Shown: one piece after another, positions 53,461 through 63,039 of the stretch
How positions within the stretch are numbered: position 1 is the first letter of the stretch
Layout: every line of letters starts with the position of its first letter
Assembly (NCBI GenBank): GCA_964501415.1
Contig: CAZCSL010000003.1
Location: forward strand, 61,278-125,277
DNA from: an uncultured Candidatus Izemoplasmatales bacterium
GTDB taxonomy: Bacteria; Bacillota_I; Bacilli_A; Izemoplasmatales; Izemoplasmataceae
DNA length: 64,000 nt
Direction of reading: 5' to 3'
Translations under genes and position numbers: made by a program
The notes under the pieces: model-generated
Seen by the model: the letters and a program-made list of their open reading frames with translations, nothing else
What the model was told of the DNA's origin: nothing
Database searches by the model: none

Positions 53461-56274
53461 ATGGATCACATTGTAATAAAAGGAGCTAAAGAAAACAATT
53501 TACAAAGTTTGGATATAACTTTACCTAAAAACAAAATGATCGTCATGACGGGACTTAGTGGTTCTGGCAAGACTTCTTTGGCGTTTGATACTATTTATAA
53601 AGAAGGACAAAGAAGGTATGTTGAGAGTTTAAGTGCTTATGCTAGACAGTTTTTGGGCAATTTAGAAAAACCTAACGTCGATAGCATTGAAGGCTTATCT
53701 CCTGCAATATCAATCGATCAAAAAACAACCTCAAAAAATCCTCGTAGTACCGTTGGGACAGTCACGGAAATCTATGATTATCTTCGGCTGCTTTATGCCC
53801 GTATCGGTGTACCAATATGCCCTACACATGGCGTTGAGATTACTTCACAAAGCATCGAACAAATGAGAGACAGAATTATGAAGCATGAAGAAGGTTCTAG
53901 GGTAGAGGTTTTAGCTCCTATCGTACAAGGCAAAAAAGGAACACATAAAGCCACCTTAGAGCAACTGAAAAAAGAAGGCTATGTCCGGGTTCGATTAAAC
54001 AAAGAAATTGTTGATTTGGATAGTGAAATCTCTTTAGAAAAGAACAAAAAGCATACGATCGATGTGGTTATTGATCGTTTAAAGCTAAGAGATAAAATTG
54101 CATCTAGGTTATATGATTCATTGGAAACGGCTTCAAAGTTAGGCGATGGCAAGGTAACGGTGTTAATCAACAAGTCTGAATATACCTTTAGCGAGCACTT
54201 TGCGTGCCCTCATTGTGAATTCTCTATTGGTAAATTAGAACCCCGCTTGTTTTCTTTCAATGCGCCGTTTGGCGCATGTAATCACTGTAGTGGTTTAGGG
54301 TATACCAAAAAGATAGATACAAGATTACTCATACCTAATGATAATTTAACGATTTATGAAGGTGCAATAAAGGGTTGGCAAAACACCAATACCATTCACT
54401 TTAAACAATTGGAAATTTTATCTAAGCACTACAACATAGATTTGCAAAAACCCTTTAAAAACTATACAAAAAAAGAGTTAGATCTCATGTTTTATGGTTC
54501 AGATGAGCCATTGGAATTTAAATTTAAAGGCAAAACCAGCAATATACAGCATGAAAAAACGGGATATTATGAAGGTATCATCAACAATTTGGAAAGAAGA
54601 TATATAGAAACCACATCGCGTTTTATGCGTGAGTGGATAGAGTCACTAATGACGGAAAAAACATGTCCAGTTTGTGATGGGAAAAAGCTTAATAAGGCCG
54701 CTTTGAGTGTTAAAATTGGTGGCAAAGACATCATTGAAATGACCGATATGAGCGTCTCGATGCTAATTGATTTTTTACAGCAATTAAAACTCGATGACAC
54801 CAAGAAAAAAATCAGTGAAATGGTGTTAAGAGAAATCGATGAACGATTAAGGTTTTTAAAAAATGTGGGATTGGATTATTTGACGCTTTCTAGGCGTGCA
54901 GCTACGTTATCTGGTGGTGAGTCACAACGTATACGATTGGCAACCCAAATTGGCAGCCGATTAACGGGTGTTTTATATGTTTTAGATGAACCTTCAATCG
55001 GTCTTCATCAACGCGATAATCGCCGCTTGATTAACACCTTGCACAGCATGCGAGATTTAGGGAATACCTTGATTGTGGTCGAACACGATGAAGAGACGAT
55101 GATGTTGGCCGATGAAATTGTAGATATTGGACCGGGGGCAGGTGCTCATGGTGGAAAGTTGGTATTTCAAGGTAGTTATCAAGACATATTAAAAGCAAAA
55201 CATTCTATTACAGGGCAATATCTTTCTAAAGTAAAAACAATAGCGGTTCCCAAACGCCGCCAAAAGCAAAACGGTGAATGGATAACCGTAAAATCCGCTC
55301 ATGAAAACAATTTAAAACATATTGATGTTGCTTTTCCAAAAGGGTTATTGACAGTTGTTAGTGGCGTGAGTGGATCAGGAAAGAGTTCTTTAGTGAATGA
55401 GTGTTTATATAAAGGACTACATAATGAAATCTACCCTAAGAAGATTCAAAGTGGTAAATATGATACCATTGAAGGCGCAGCGTTAATTACTAAGCTTATC
55501 AATATTGATCAATCTCCCATTGGTCGTACACCTAGAAGTAATCCCGGGACATACACAGGTGTTTTTGATGATATTAGAGATATTTTTGCTATGACGAATG
55601 AGGCTAAGTTAAGAGGATATCAAAAAGGGCGTTTTAGTTTTAATGTCAAGGGAGGACGTTGTGAGACTTGTAATGGGGATGGCGTTAAAAAAATAGAAAT
55701 GCATTTCTTACCGGATGTATTTGTCCCTTGCGAAGCTTGTGGTGGAAAACGGTATAATAAAGAGACATTGCAAGTTAAGTACAAAGGTAAAAACATCTCA
55801 GAAATTCTTGAAATGACGATTGAACAAGGCAGTGAATTCTTTGAAAATATACCGAAAGCTAAACATAAATTTAAAACGTTGATGGATGTCGGTTTAGGAT
55901 ACTTGAAAATCGGTCAACCAGCCCCGACACTATCTGGAGGTGAAGCACAACGCGTAAAGTTAGCTAAAGAGCTACACAAAAGGATTACTCCAGACACTTT
56001 ATATATACTAGATGAGCCAACAACCGGCTTGCATGCAGATGATGTAAAAAGGCTTTTAGCGGTTTTACAAGATATCGTTTCACAAGGAGCAAGCGTAGTG
56101 GTTATAGAACATAACTTAGATGTGATTAAGGTTGCGGACTATGTGATTGATTTAGGTCCTGAAGGCGGTGATGCAGGTGGTGAAGTCATTGCAAAAGGCA
56201 CGCCTGAGGAAATTTCAGAGTTTGAAACTTCCCACACCGCTCGCTATCTCAAGAAAGTCTTGAAGGGAGCATAG
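53461..56274 (+). CDS. uvrA: Excinuclease ABC subunit A
   Basis: GLSGSGKTSLAFDTIY, two ABC modules, Zn-finger CxxC pairs. Start is ATG 53461 or GTG 53452. Confidence 0.95.
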   Translation: MDHIVIKGAKENNLQSLDITLPKNKMIVMTGLSGSGKTSLAFDTIYKEGQRRYVESLSAYARQFLGNLEKPNVDSIEGLSPAISIDQKTTSKNPRSTVGTVTEIYDYLRLLYARIGVPICPTHGVEITSQSIEQMRDRIMKHEEGSRVEVLAPIVQGKKGTHKATLEQLKKEGYVRVRLNKEIVDLDSEISLEKNKKHTIDVVIDRLKLRDKIASRLYDSLETASKLGDGKVTVLINKSEYTFSEHFACPHCEFSIGKLEPRLFSFNAPFGACNHCSGLGYTKKIDTRLLIPNDNLTIYEGAIKGWQNTNTIHFKQLEILSKHYNIDLQKPFKNYTKKELDLMFYGSDEPLEFKFKGKTSNIQHEKTGYYEGIINNLERRYIETTSRFMREWIESLMTEKTCPVCDGKKLNKAALSVKIGGKDIIEMTDMSVSMLIDFLQQLKLDDTKKKISEMVLREIDERLRFLKNVGLDYLTLSRRAATLSGGESQRIRLATQIGSRLTGVLYVLDEPSIGLHQRDNRRLINTLHSMRDLGNTLIVVEHDEETMMLADEIVDIGPGAGAHGGKLVFQGSYQDILKAKHSITGQYLSKVKTIAVPKRRQKQNGEWITVKSAHENNLKHIDVAFPKGLLTVVSGVSGSGKSSLVNECLYKGLHNEIYPKKIQSGKYDTIEGAALITKLINIDQSPIGRTPRSNPGTYTGVFDDIRDIFAMTNEAKLRGYQKGRFSFNVKGGRCETCNGDGVKKIEMHFLPDVFVPCEACGGKRYNKETLQVKYKGKNISEILEMTIEQGSEFFENIPKAKHKFKTLMDVGLGYLKIGQPAPTLSGGEAQRVKLAKELHKRITPDTLYILDEPTTGLHADDVKRLLAVLQDIVSQGASVVVIEHNLDVIKVADYVIDLGPEGGDAGGEVIAKGTPEEISEFETSHTARYLKKVLKGA

Positions 56275-56276
56275 AC

Positions 56277-56897
56277 ATGGCACAAAATGATAACGATAAA
56301 AAACAAGACAAAGCGACAGATGACTCTAATGCTAATCAAAAAGACAATAAGCAAGAAAAAAAACAAAATGAAAAATCAGATGAGCAAAAGCAACGCGAGT
56401 TAGATGAACTTTTGAAGCAACTAAAAGAATTACAACAACAAAAAAATAACTTACAACAAAAGCAAAGCCCAAAACCTAAGGTTCTCATGGTAGAGTTTGG
56501 CGCTCGATTTCATCCCAATGGGTTAATTAATTACACCATGTATTATTTGTTGAACTTAGTTATTATTTATAGTTTTTCAGAAATTTATGAGTTCTTTAGT
56601 TTTTCGGGCTCATTAATCGATTTATTGTTATTCATAGGGGTTTACACCTTGATAGAGATTATCTTCCGGACTTATATTGTGACGCATCATTTTAAATTCG
56701 TGCTTCGAACTTTTGGGTTTGTCTTCTTTTTAGGATACTTGACGATTTTCTTCTTTTTGGAACAGTATTTGTTTTCTGGTTTGTTTGGCTTCACCAATGA
56801 AAATTTGTTTGTGATATTTATAGCATCATTGGTTCTTATTAGATATATAATTTCGCACTTGATGCGACATACAATATCAAAATATATGAGGTGGTAA
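56277..56897 (+). CDS. Hypothetical membrane protein: K/Q/D/N-rich N-terminal tail of about 65 aa plus about 4 TM segments
   Basis: ORF with RBS AAGGGAG; low-complexity charged N-terminus then hydrophobic helices; tightly packed between uvrA and hprK. Confidence 0.55.
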   Translation: MAQNDNDKKQDKATDDSNANQKDNKQEKKQNEKSDEQKQRELDELLKQLKELQQQKNNLQQKQSPKPKVLMVEFGARFHPNGLINYTMYYLLNLVIIYSFSEIYEFFSFSGSLIDLLLFIGVYTLIEIIFRTYIVTHHFKFVLRTFGFVFFLGYLTIFFFLEQYLFSGLFGFTNENLFVIFIASLVLIRYIISHLMRHTISKYMRW

Positions 56898-56898
56898 T

Positions 56899-57840
56899 AT
56901 GGCGATAGATGTTAAAATGATTGTGGATGATTTTGAACTTGAAGTATTTAGTGGTGAGCAAGGTTTGTCGCGTGAGGTCAAAAATTCACAGTTAACACGA
57001 CCGGGTATTGAATTAGCGGGTCTTTTTGAATTTTATGAGTATGACCGAATTCAGATTTTTGGCAGTAAAGAAGTTACATTTTACGGTTGGTTAAACGATC
57101 AAGACAAAGAAATACGTATTGAAATGTTATTTGAGAAAAAACCACCTGCATTCATTTTTTCTAAGCATGTGGATATCCCAGCGTTGTTTGTCGAAAAGGG
57201 CAAGCAACATGGCATCCCCGTTTTGAAAAGCCACCTTAGAACAAGTGAGCTGTTTTCCAGGTTGTATCAATATTTGTATGCAAAACTGTCGCCAAGAACA
57301 TCCATTCATGCTACATTAGTAGATATTAACGGTGTGGGTGTTTTGATGAGAGGCGAAAGTGGCATTGGAAAAAGCGAAGTGGCTTTAGAGTTGGTGCGCC
57401 GTGGCCATCAACTTGTCGCTGATGATAGGGTAGATATCTATCAAAAGGAAAAAGGCACGGTTATTGGCGAATCGCCCAAACTGTTAAAAGAACACCTTGA
57501 AATTCGTGGTATTGGTATCATCAATGTGGTAAAATTGTTCGGAGCAAGCGCGATTAAAGAGGATAAGACGATTATGCTGATTGTCGAGTTGATGCATTGG
57601 GATGAAGATGCAGATTATGACCGGTTGGGCTTAGATGATTTTACGGAAAATCTATTCGAAACCCCGGTTCCTTTGGTCAAGATCCCCATAACCGCTGCAA
57701 GAAGTGTCCCATCACTTATTGAAGTAGCTGCCATGAATGCGCGTTTGAAATTTATGGGTGTACATATGGCACAGGATTTTGCACAGTCAATCAGCAAAGA
57801 AATTGATGCAAAAAGTAAACATAAAAAATCAAAAGAATAG
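56899..57840 (+). CDS. hprK: HPr kinase/phosphorylase
   Basis: GESGIGKSE P-loop, LEIRGIGIINV signature. Confidence 0.93.
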   Translation: MAIDVKMIVDDFELEVFSGEQGLSREVKNSQLTRPGIELAGLFEFYEYDRIQIFGSKEVTFYGWLNDQDKEIRIEMLFEKKPPAFIFSKHVDIPALFVEKGKQHGIPVLKSHLRTSELFSRLYQYLYAKLSPRTSIHATLVDINGVGVLMRGESGIGKSEVALELVRRGHQLVADDRVDIYQKEKGTVIGESPKLLKEHLEIRGIGIINVVKLFGASAIKEDKTIMLIVELMHWDEDADYDRLGLDDFTENLFETPVPLVKIPITAARSVPSLIEVAAMNARLKFMGVHMAQDFAQSISKEIDAKSKHKKSKE

Positions 57841-57851
57841 AAGGGATACAT

Positions 57852-58739
57852 ATGTTTAATTTGTTAGCACCTGCTCATGAATCAGGCTTTGAAGGTTATT
57901 CTAGAGTATTGATAGAACTTGGCCCTATCGTTATATATCGGTACGCTTTTATGATCCTGCTTGGGATTATCGGCGCTTTGGTTTTGGGGCTTAAAGAAGG
58001 TAAAAAACTAGGTATTAAGCCTGATGATATAATCGATGGTTTAATCATTATTTTGCCTATTGCTATTTTAGGTACAAGAGTTTATTACGTTATGTTTGAT
58101 GGCAATTGGTCTCAATTTTTTAATATACGATCTGGAGGATTGGCGATACACGGAGGGTTTATCGCGGCTATTATCGCCTCTTATTTTTATACGAAATATA
58201 AAAATATAGATATTTTCAAAGCAACCGATTTAATCGCACCAGGTTTTTTGATTGGTCAAACGTTTGGGCGGTGGGGTAACTTCTTCAATCGAGAAGCTCA
58301 CGGTGGTGTCGTTGGTGGTATGACTAACGGGACTGCGGCTTTAACACATGATGAGCAGTTTAGCTTTTTATCGGATACCCTTCGCATTCCTGATTTTATT
58401 GTGAACAATATGTTTATCGGTGGCAATTACGTCCACCCAACGTTCTTATATGAATCGATATGGAATTTCTTTGGATTGGTGTTATTGTTGGTTTTGCGCC
58501 GTACGAAACTAATTCGATCAGGGGATTTGATTGCGATTTATTTAATATGGTATTCAGTGGGGCGCTTTTTCATCGAAGCGATGCGAACCGATGCCCTCTT
58601 TATCGGAGATACAGGCTTACGTATTGCCCAAGTCATCAGTATTTTGATGGTGCTTGCCGGTATGGCTTTGCTCGCTTTGAATCGCACGTTATTCAAACGT
58701 AAACCGTATGCAGATGTATTAGAAGAAAACCGAGCATAA
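57852..58739 (+). CDS. lgt: Prolipoprotein diacylglyceryl transferase
   Basis: GGLAIHGG, GRWGNFFNREAHG; hprK-lgt synteny. Confidence 0.92.
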   Translation: MFNLLAPAHESGFEGYSRVLIELGPIVIYRYAFMILLGIIGALVLGLKEGKKLGIKPDDIIDGLIIILPIAILGTRVYYVMFDGNWSQFFNIRSGGLAIHGGFIAAIIASYFYTKYKNIDIFKATDLIAPGFLIGQTFGRWGNFFNREAHGGVVGGMTNGTAALTHDEQFSFLSDTLRIPDFIVNNMFIGGNYVHPTFLYESIWNFFGLVLLLVLRRTKLIRSGDLIAIYLIWYSVGRFFIEAMRTDALFIGDTGLRIAQVISILMVLAGMALLALNRTLFKRKPYADVLEENRA

Positions 58740-58761
58740 AGACATAAAAAGGAGTAAACAC

Positions 58762-59679
58762 ATGTATGATGTTATTATTATAGGTGCTGGACCTGGAGGC
58801 ATGACTGCCGGCATATATACACAACGGGCAAACCTAAAAACGATGATGATTGAAAAAGCAGCGCCAGGGGGGTATATGGTTAACACCTATGAAATAGAGA
58901 ACTATCCTGGGGTTGGTAAAGTCAAAGGGTATGAGCTCAGTGAAAAAATGTTTGAACATACGCAATCCCTAGGTGTAACCTATCAATATGGTGATGTTAA
59001 TCACGTTGAGGTTGATGGTGAAATAAAAAAGGTCCATACCGCTGATGGTAAAACCTATGAGACTCGTGCTTTGGTCATTGCCAGTGGGACCAACCCTAGA
59101 ATGGTTGAAGCGAAAGGCGCAGATACTTTCTTTAGTAAAGGAATTAGTTTTTGTGCTGTATGTGATGGTGCTTTTTACAAAGGCAAACACGTTATCGTAC
59201 TAGGTGGCGGCAACAGCGCTTTAGATGAAGCAATTTATCTGACGGGTATGAAAGTTAAAGTTACCATTGTTAATATTTTAAACTCATTACAAGCCGATAA
59301 AAGTACGGTAGAGAAGGCTAAAAAGAATCCAAATATCGATTTTTTACTAGGTCATGAGATTATTGAGTTTAAGGGTGATCAAGCTTTACAATCTGTAGTA
59401 TTAAGGGATGTAGATAACCAAAAGACTTTTGAAAAAAAGATAGACGGTGTCTTTGTTTTTATTGGACAAAACCCCAACACGGAATTTATCAAAGATTTAG
59501 GTATAACTACCGAGCAAGGCTATATCAAAGCTGAGGCTGATATGCGCACTAGCATCCCTGGTGTATTTGCCATTGGTGATGTTATTGATAAGAAGCTAAG
59601 ACAGATTGTTACAGCAACTAGTGATGGCGCTATCGCAAGCCAAAGTATTGCACGATATCTTGAAAATATGGAAAAATAA
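58762..59679 (+). CDS. trxB: Thioredoxin-disulfide reductase
   Basis: IIIGAGPGG, redox-active CAVCDG, GGGNSALDEA. Confidence 0.93.
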   Translation: MYDVIIIGAGPGGMTAGIYTQRANLKTMMIEKAAPGGYMVNTYEIENYPGVGKVKGYELSEKMFEHTQSLGVTYQYGDVNHVEVDGEIKKVHTADGKTYETRALVIASGTNPRMVEAKGADTFFSKGISFCAVCDGAFYKGKHVIVLGGGNSALDEAIYLTGMKVKVTIVNILNSLQADKSTVEKAKKNPNIDFLLGHEIIEFKGDQALQSVVLRDVDNQKTFEKKIDGVFVFIGQNPNTEFIKDLGITTEQGYIKAEADMRTSIPGVFAIGDVIDKKLRQIVTATSDGAIASQSIARYLENMEK

Positions 59680-59680
59680 T

Positions 59681-59707
59681 AAAAAACGATGGTTTCATCG
59701 TTTTTTC
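59681..59707 (+). terminator. trxB intrinsic terminator
   Basis: AAAAAACGATG-gtttc-ATCGTTTTTT. Confidence 0.8.
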
Positions 59708-59790
59708 TTTTTAGATGCGTTATAATAAATGCGATATATAACATAATTTTTTCTATTATCAATTTTTGGACTTATTAGAGGGGCGTTTAC

Positions 59791-60420
59791 ATGAAAAAGC
59801 ATGATTATGTTTTTCTTTCATTTATAGTAGTTGTGTTAGTCTTGTTGATAGTACCCATGACGCATCAAGCCTTTTTTGGTTTTACAGACCGCTATGTGTT
59901 GCTTGGAGGCTTTATTAAATTCTTTTTGTTTGCGACGATTGGGGATATCATTTCCTACCGTATTAAACACGGTAGTTATCGTCTGCCAGGATTATTTAAG
60001 AAAGCATTTCTGTGGGGCGTTTTAGGTATCTTCATTGTAATGATTTTTACCGTTTTCTTTACAGGTACAAAAGCATTACAAACCCAAAACATATTGCCGT
60101 TTGAGGGGATACTGTTTTTCACGGCTTTTTTCACCTCGGTTTTAATGAATCTGTTTTTTGCCCCTAGCATGATGTTTTTACATCGTTTAGGCGATCAAAT
60201 CATCGATAACCGGATTCAAGGTATAAGGCCTATCTCTAAAGCTTTAGCTCAAATTGATTATCAAGCCTTCTTGCGGATGTTATCAAAGACGATTCCTTTG
60301 TTCTGGATTCCAGCACATACGATAACGTTTTTATTACCGGAAACCTATCGAGCTTTTTTTGCATCATTGTTAGGCATTATGTTAGGGTTGTTATTGAACA
60401 CCTTTAAAAAACAAGTATAA
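59791..60420 (+). CDS. Hypothetical polytopic membrane protein
   Basis: 209 aa, about 5-6 hydrophobic helices, RBS AGAGGGG; family not securely recognised. Confidence 0.55.
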   Translation: MKKHDYVFLSFIVVVLVLLIVPMTHQAFFGFTDRYVLLGGFIKFFLFATIGDIISYRIKHGSYRLPGLFKKAFLWGVLGIFIVMIFTVFFTGTKALQTQNILPFEGILFFTAFFTSVLMNLFFAPSMMFLHRLGDQIIDNRIQGIRPISKALAQIDYQAFLRMLSKTIPLFWIPAHTITFLLPETYRAFFASLLGIMLGLLLNTFKKQV

Positions 60421-60433
60421 GGTGGTATAGACC

Positions 60434-61384
60434 ATGTCTTTTTCCTCAGAAACCAAACAAGAATTATTGGCGATAAAACAACCTCAATGTTGTCAAGTGG
60501 CATCATTAAGTGCCATGTTAACTATTGGGGGTTATTTGTCGTTGTCTCAAGCAGGAATGCAATTGTATTTTCAAACGACTTCTTTACCTTTAGCAAGAAA
60601 GGTAATACAAACAGTCAAAAGTCTATACCATGTAAAAGTAGATGTGCTAGCAAAAAAAGGCGTTCGACTACAGAAAAAAAATCAATATGTCATGATTATT
60701 AAAGAAAAAGCTCAAAAGATTATTCATGAATTGGGCTTAATGCATGAATCAAGTGGTTTTGGACAATATGTAGATGATACGCTGATTCAAAAGCCGTGTT
60801 GTCAAAAAGCATATTTGAGAGGGGCTTTTTTGGTTTCTGGTTCTATCAATCATCCTTCTTCTTCGTCGTATCATTTGGAAATCTCAACACCAAGCTTGAA
60901 CTTAGCCAATGATATTAGTAGTATTATGGATAACTTCGAACTCAAGAGCAAAACATTACAAAAGAAGAAAATGGGCTTAGTTTACATAAAAAATTCCGAA
61001 AAAATAGCAGATTTTTTGCGTATTGTTGGAGCGCATCACGCGCTATTAAAGTTCGAAGATGAACGCATTAAACGTGATTTTGTCAACTCGATTACCCGCG
61101 TGATGAACATGGAGATAGCCAATCAAAACAAGACTTTTGAAGCAGCCAACAAACAATTAAAAAACATTGAAATAGTTGAGAAACTAGTAGATGAATCAAC
61201 GTTACCAAAAAGTGTTACAGAAGCGATGTTTTTAAGAAAAACCTATCCTGAGGCATCGTTGAATGAACTTTCTGAACTGAGTAAAAAACACTATCCTAAA
61301 CAGATATCGAAATCGGGATTAAATCATCGTTTCAGACATATTGCTTCATTAGCAAAGGAGGCCCTATCCTATTATGACAGTTGA
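60434..61384 (+). CDS. whiA: DNA-binding protein WhiA
   Basis: MSFSSETKQEL N-terminus, degenerate LAGLIDADG-type middle, C-terminal HTH (SKSGLNHRFRHI). Confidence 0.9.
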   Translation: MSFSSETKQELLAIKQPQCCQVASLSAMLTIGGYLSLSQAGMQLYFQTTSLPLARKVIQTVKSLYHVKVDVLAKKGVRLQKKNQYVMIIKEKAQKIIHELGLMHESSGFGQYVDDTLIQKPCCQKAYLRGAFLVSGSINHPSSSSYHLEISTPSLNLANDISSIMDNFELKSKTLQKKKMGLVYIKNSEKIADFLRIVGAHHALLKFEDERIKRDFVNSITRVMNMEIANQNKTFEAANKQLKNIEIVEKLVDESTLPKSVTEAMFLRKTYPEASLNELSELSKKHYPKQISKSGLNHRFRHIASLAKEALSYYDS

Positions 61385-61736
61385 TGGTATGGGTGTAGAT
61401 TTAGTAGAAATTAGAAGAATTCAGGAAATTGACGCCAATAAACTTGCAAATCGTATTTTATCGACACAAGAAAAGACACTCTATAACCAAAAAAAATTAG
61501 CTGCTCAAAAAACAGAGTTTTTAGCCAGTCGTTTTGCAGCTAAAGAAGCATATACCAAAGCTTATCAATCGTTTGATACGGCTTTAAACATGTCTGATGT
61601 TAGTGTGTTGAATTCTGAAACGGGTGCCCCTTACATCGATAGTCCTTATCGAAAACAAGATAAAATTCTGTTGTCTTTATCCCACACAAAAAACTATATT
61701 GTGGCGGTGTGCATCATAGAAAAGGTGAAAGTATGA
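61374..61736 (+). CDS. acpS: Holo-[acyl-carrier-protein] synthase
   Basis: GMGVDLVEIRRI, FAAKEAYTKA, SLSHT. Confidence 0.88.
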   Translation: MTVDGMGVDLVEIRRIQEIDANKLANRILSTQEKTLYNQKKLAAQKTEFLASRFAAKEAYTKAYQSFDTALNMSDVSVLNSETGAPYIDSPYRKQDKILLSLSHTKNYIVAVCIIEKVKV

Positions 61737-62527
61737 GAAAATATATGTGGATGAGTTTCATGGTGTTTTTATTGTTAAGTGGATGTTCTTCACCAGATAC
61801 ATTTGGCGATTATAGCTATTCCGATTATCAAAAGTTAGAACATTGGGATGAACTAGAAGATATCGGGATGGAAACTTATGCCTTTGTTTTAGTTTATAAT
61901 CGTGATTTTTTTGGGGGTTTAAGCACAGGCACAGAGATGATTAGTGAAGATGTGTTGAGGTTTGGCTCAGAAAACCCTATGGGATATCCGATGTACCGTA
62001 TAGATCAAAGTGATATTAGAGGCATTAGACCTAGTAGTATTCAACGAAGAGACCCCAAAGTATTAATTGTAAGATATGGTGAAGTAGTTGATAAATACTA
62101 TGGGGCCTTACCGATTATGAACTTTTTAGATGCTAACGAACAGGAACGTTATCAATACCCTGAGTTATATAATCAGATTACTGTTCCGCCGGATTATGAG
62201 GACCACAATCATTTTAGTTTATGGCACGATATTAGAGAGATGGCAAGAGATACTAAAGGTTTAGTCTTTATTTATGATAAAAATCAAGATGGACTTACAG
62301 AGGCCTCTTTGGAAGTGGATTCTGCATTGTTTAATTTAGTAAACGATAATGACTTATTGTTTTACATAGGTAATGGACAAACCTTGATTGGCGTTGTTCC
62401 TGAGGAAGTTGAGCTTACGTATCCTGCCTTATTTATCGTTGAAAACAACGTTATCATAGAGTCTTTTTATAAAACCGAAGATATCCTCTCTTTTGTTGAA
62501 CAATTTGATATAGACGACTTTCAGTAG
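61733..62527 (+). CDS. Lipoprotein with two thioredoxin-fold-like modules lacking CxxC
   Basis: Signal peptide + lipobox LLLSGC. Start moved to MRKYMW (ATG 61733, RBS AAGGTGA). Two halves align by eye with the next ORF. Confidence 0.6.
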   Translation: MRKYMWMSFMVFLLLSGCSSPDTFGDYSYSDYQKLEHWDELEDIGMETYAFVLVYNRDFFGGLSTGTEMISEDVLRFGSENPMGYPMYRIDQSDIRGIRPSSIQRRDPKVLIVRYGEVVDKYYGALPIMNFLDANEQERYQYPELYNQITVPPDYEDHNHFSLWHDIREMARDTKGLVFIYDKNQDGLTEASLEVDSALFNLVNDNDLLFYIGNGQTLIGVVPEEVELTYPALFIVENNVIIESFYKTEDILSFVEQFDIDDFQ

Positions 62528-62599
62528 TGTTAAATTTAAAACATATGTCTTGTCACAGGCGGTGTTTTTGATTAAAATGTAGCTCAAGGAGATGATTAT

Positions 62600-63028
62600 A
62601 TGAAAACAATGTTACTGATGTTAAGTATGGTTTTTGTATTTATCCTCAGTGCATGCGGTGAGGATGATTATTTAACTACGGGTCCTAGAGGGACTGCGTA
62701 TGAGGATTTACCGCATATTAGTGATTACCGAGGCCTTGAGGCCTATGATGAAGAAGATACGATGTATCTATTATACATTTACGCAACTTGGTGTGGTGCT
62801 TGTCAAGCCATCCTTTTAGATGTTTTGGATTTTGTGGATCAACATGATGAGACGATTCCAATCGTTTTTGCGGAAGAAGGTGCAAATGGAACTCCGCCGG
62901 TTGAATGGAGTTATTACCCTTCCATGATTGTGATGCAATCAGGAGAAGTCTTAGAGGGACCTATTGTAGGACCAAGTGATATATTGCAATTATTTGATGC
63001 TTTAGAAGCAAATACTTATGAACCTTGA
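62600..63028 (+). CDS. Thioredoxin-like lipoprotein (WCGAC active site)
   Basis: Signal peptide + lipobox ILSAC; YATWCGACQ (nt about 62789-62803). Confidence 0.7.
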   Translation: MKTMLLMLSMVFVFILSACGEDDYLTTGPRGTAYEDLPHISDYRGLEAYDEEDTMYLLYIYATWCGACQAILLDVLDFVDQHDETIPIVFAEEGANGTPPVEWSYYPSMIVMQSGEVLEGPIVGPSDILQLFDALEANTYEP

Positions 63029-63039
63029 TGGAGGAGAAC

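Noticed and set aside
56277-56480. A/C-rich low-complexity DNA (AAA/CAA runs) as a non-coding repeat
   Set aside because: It keeps an open frame continuous with a hydrophobic C-terminal domain and has an RBS, so it is better explained as a K/Q-rich protein tail.
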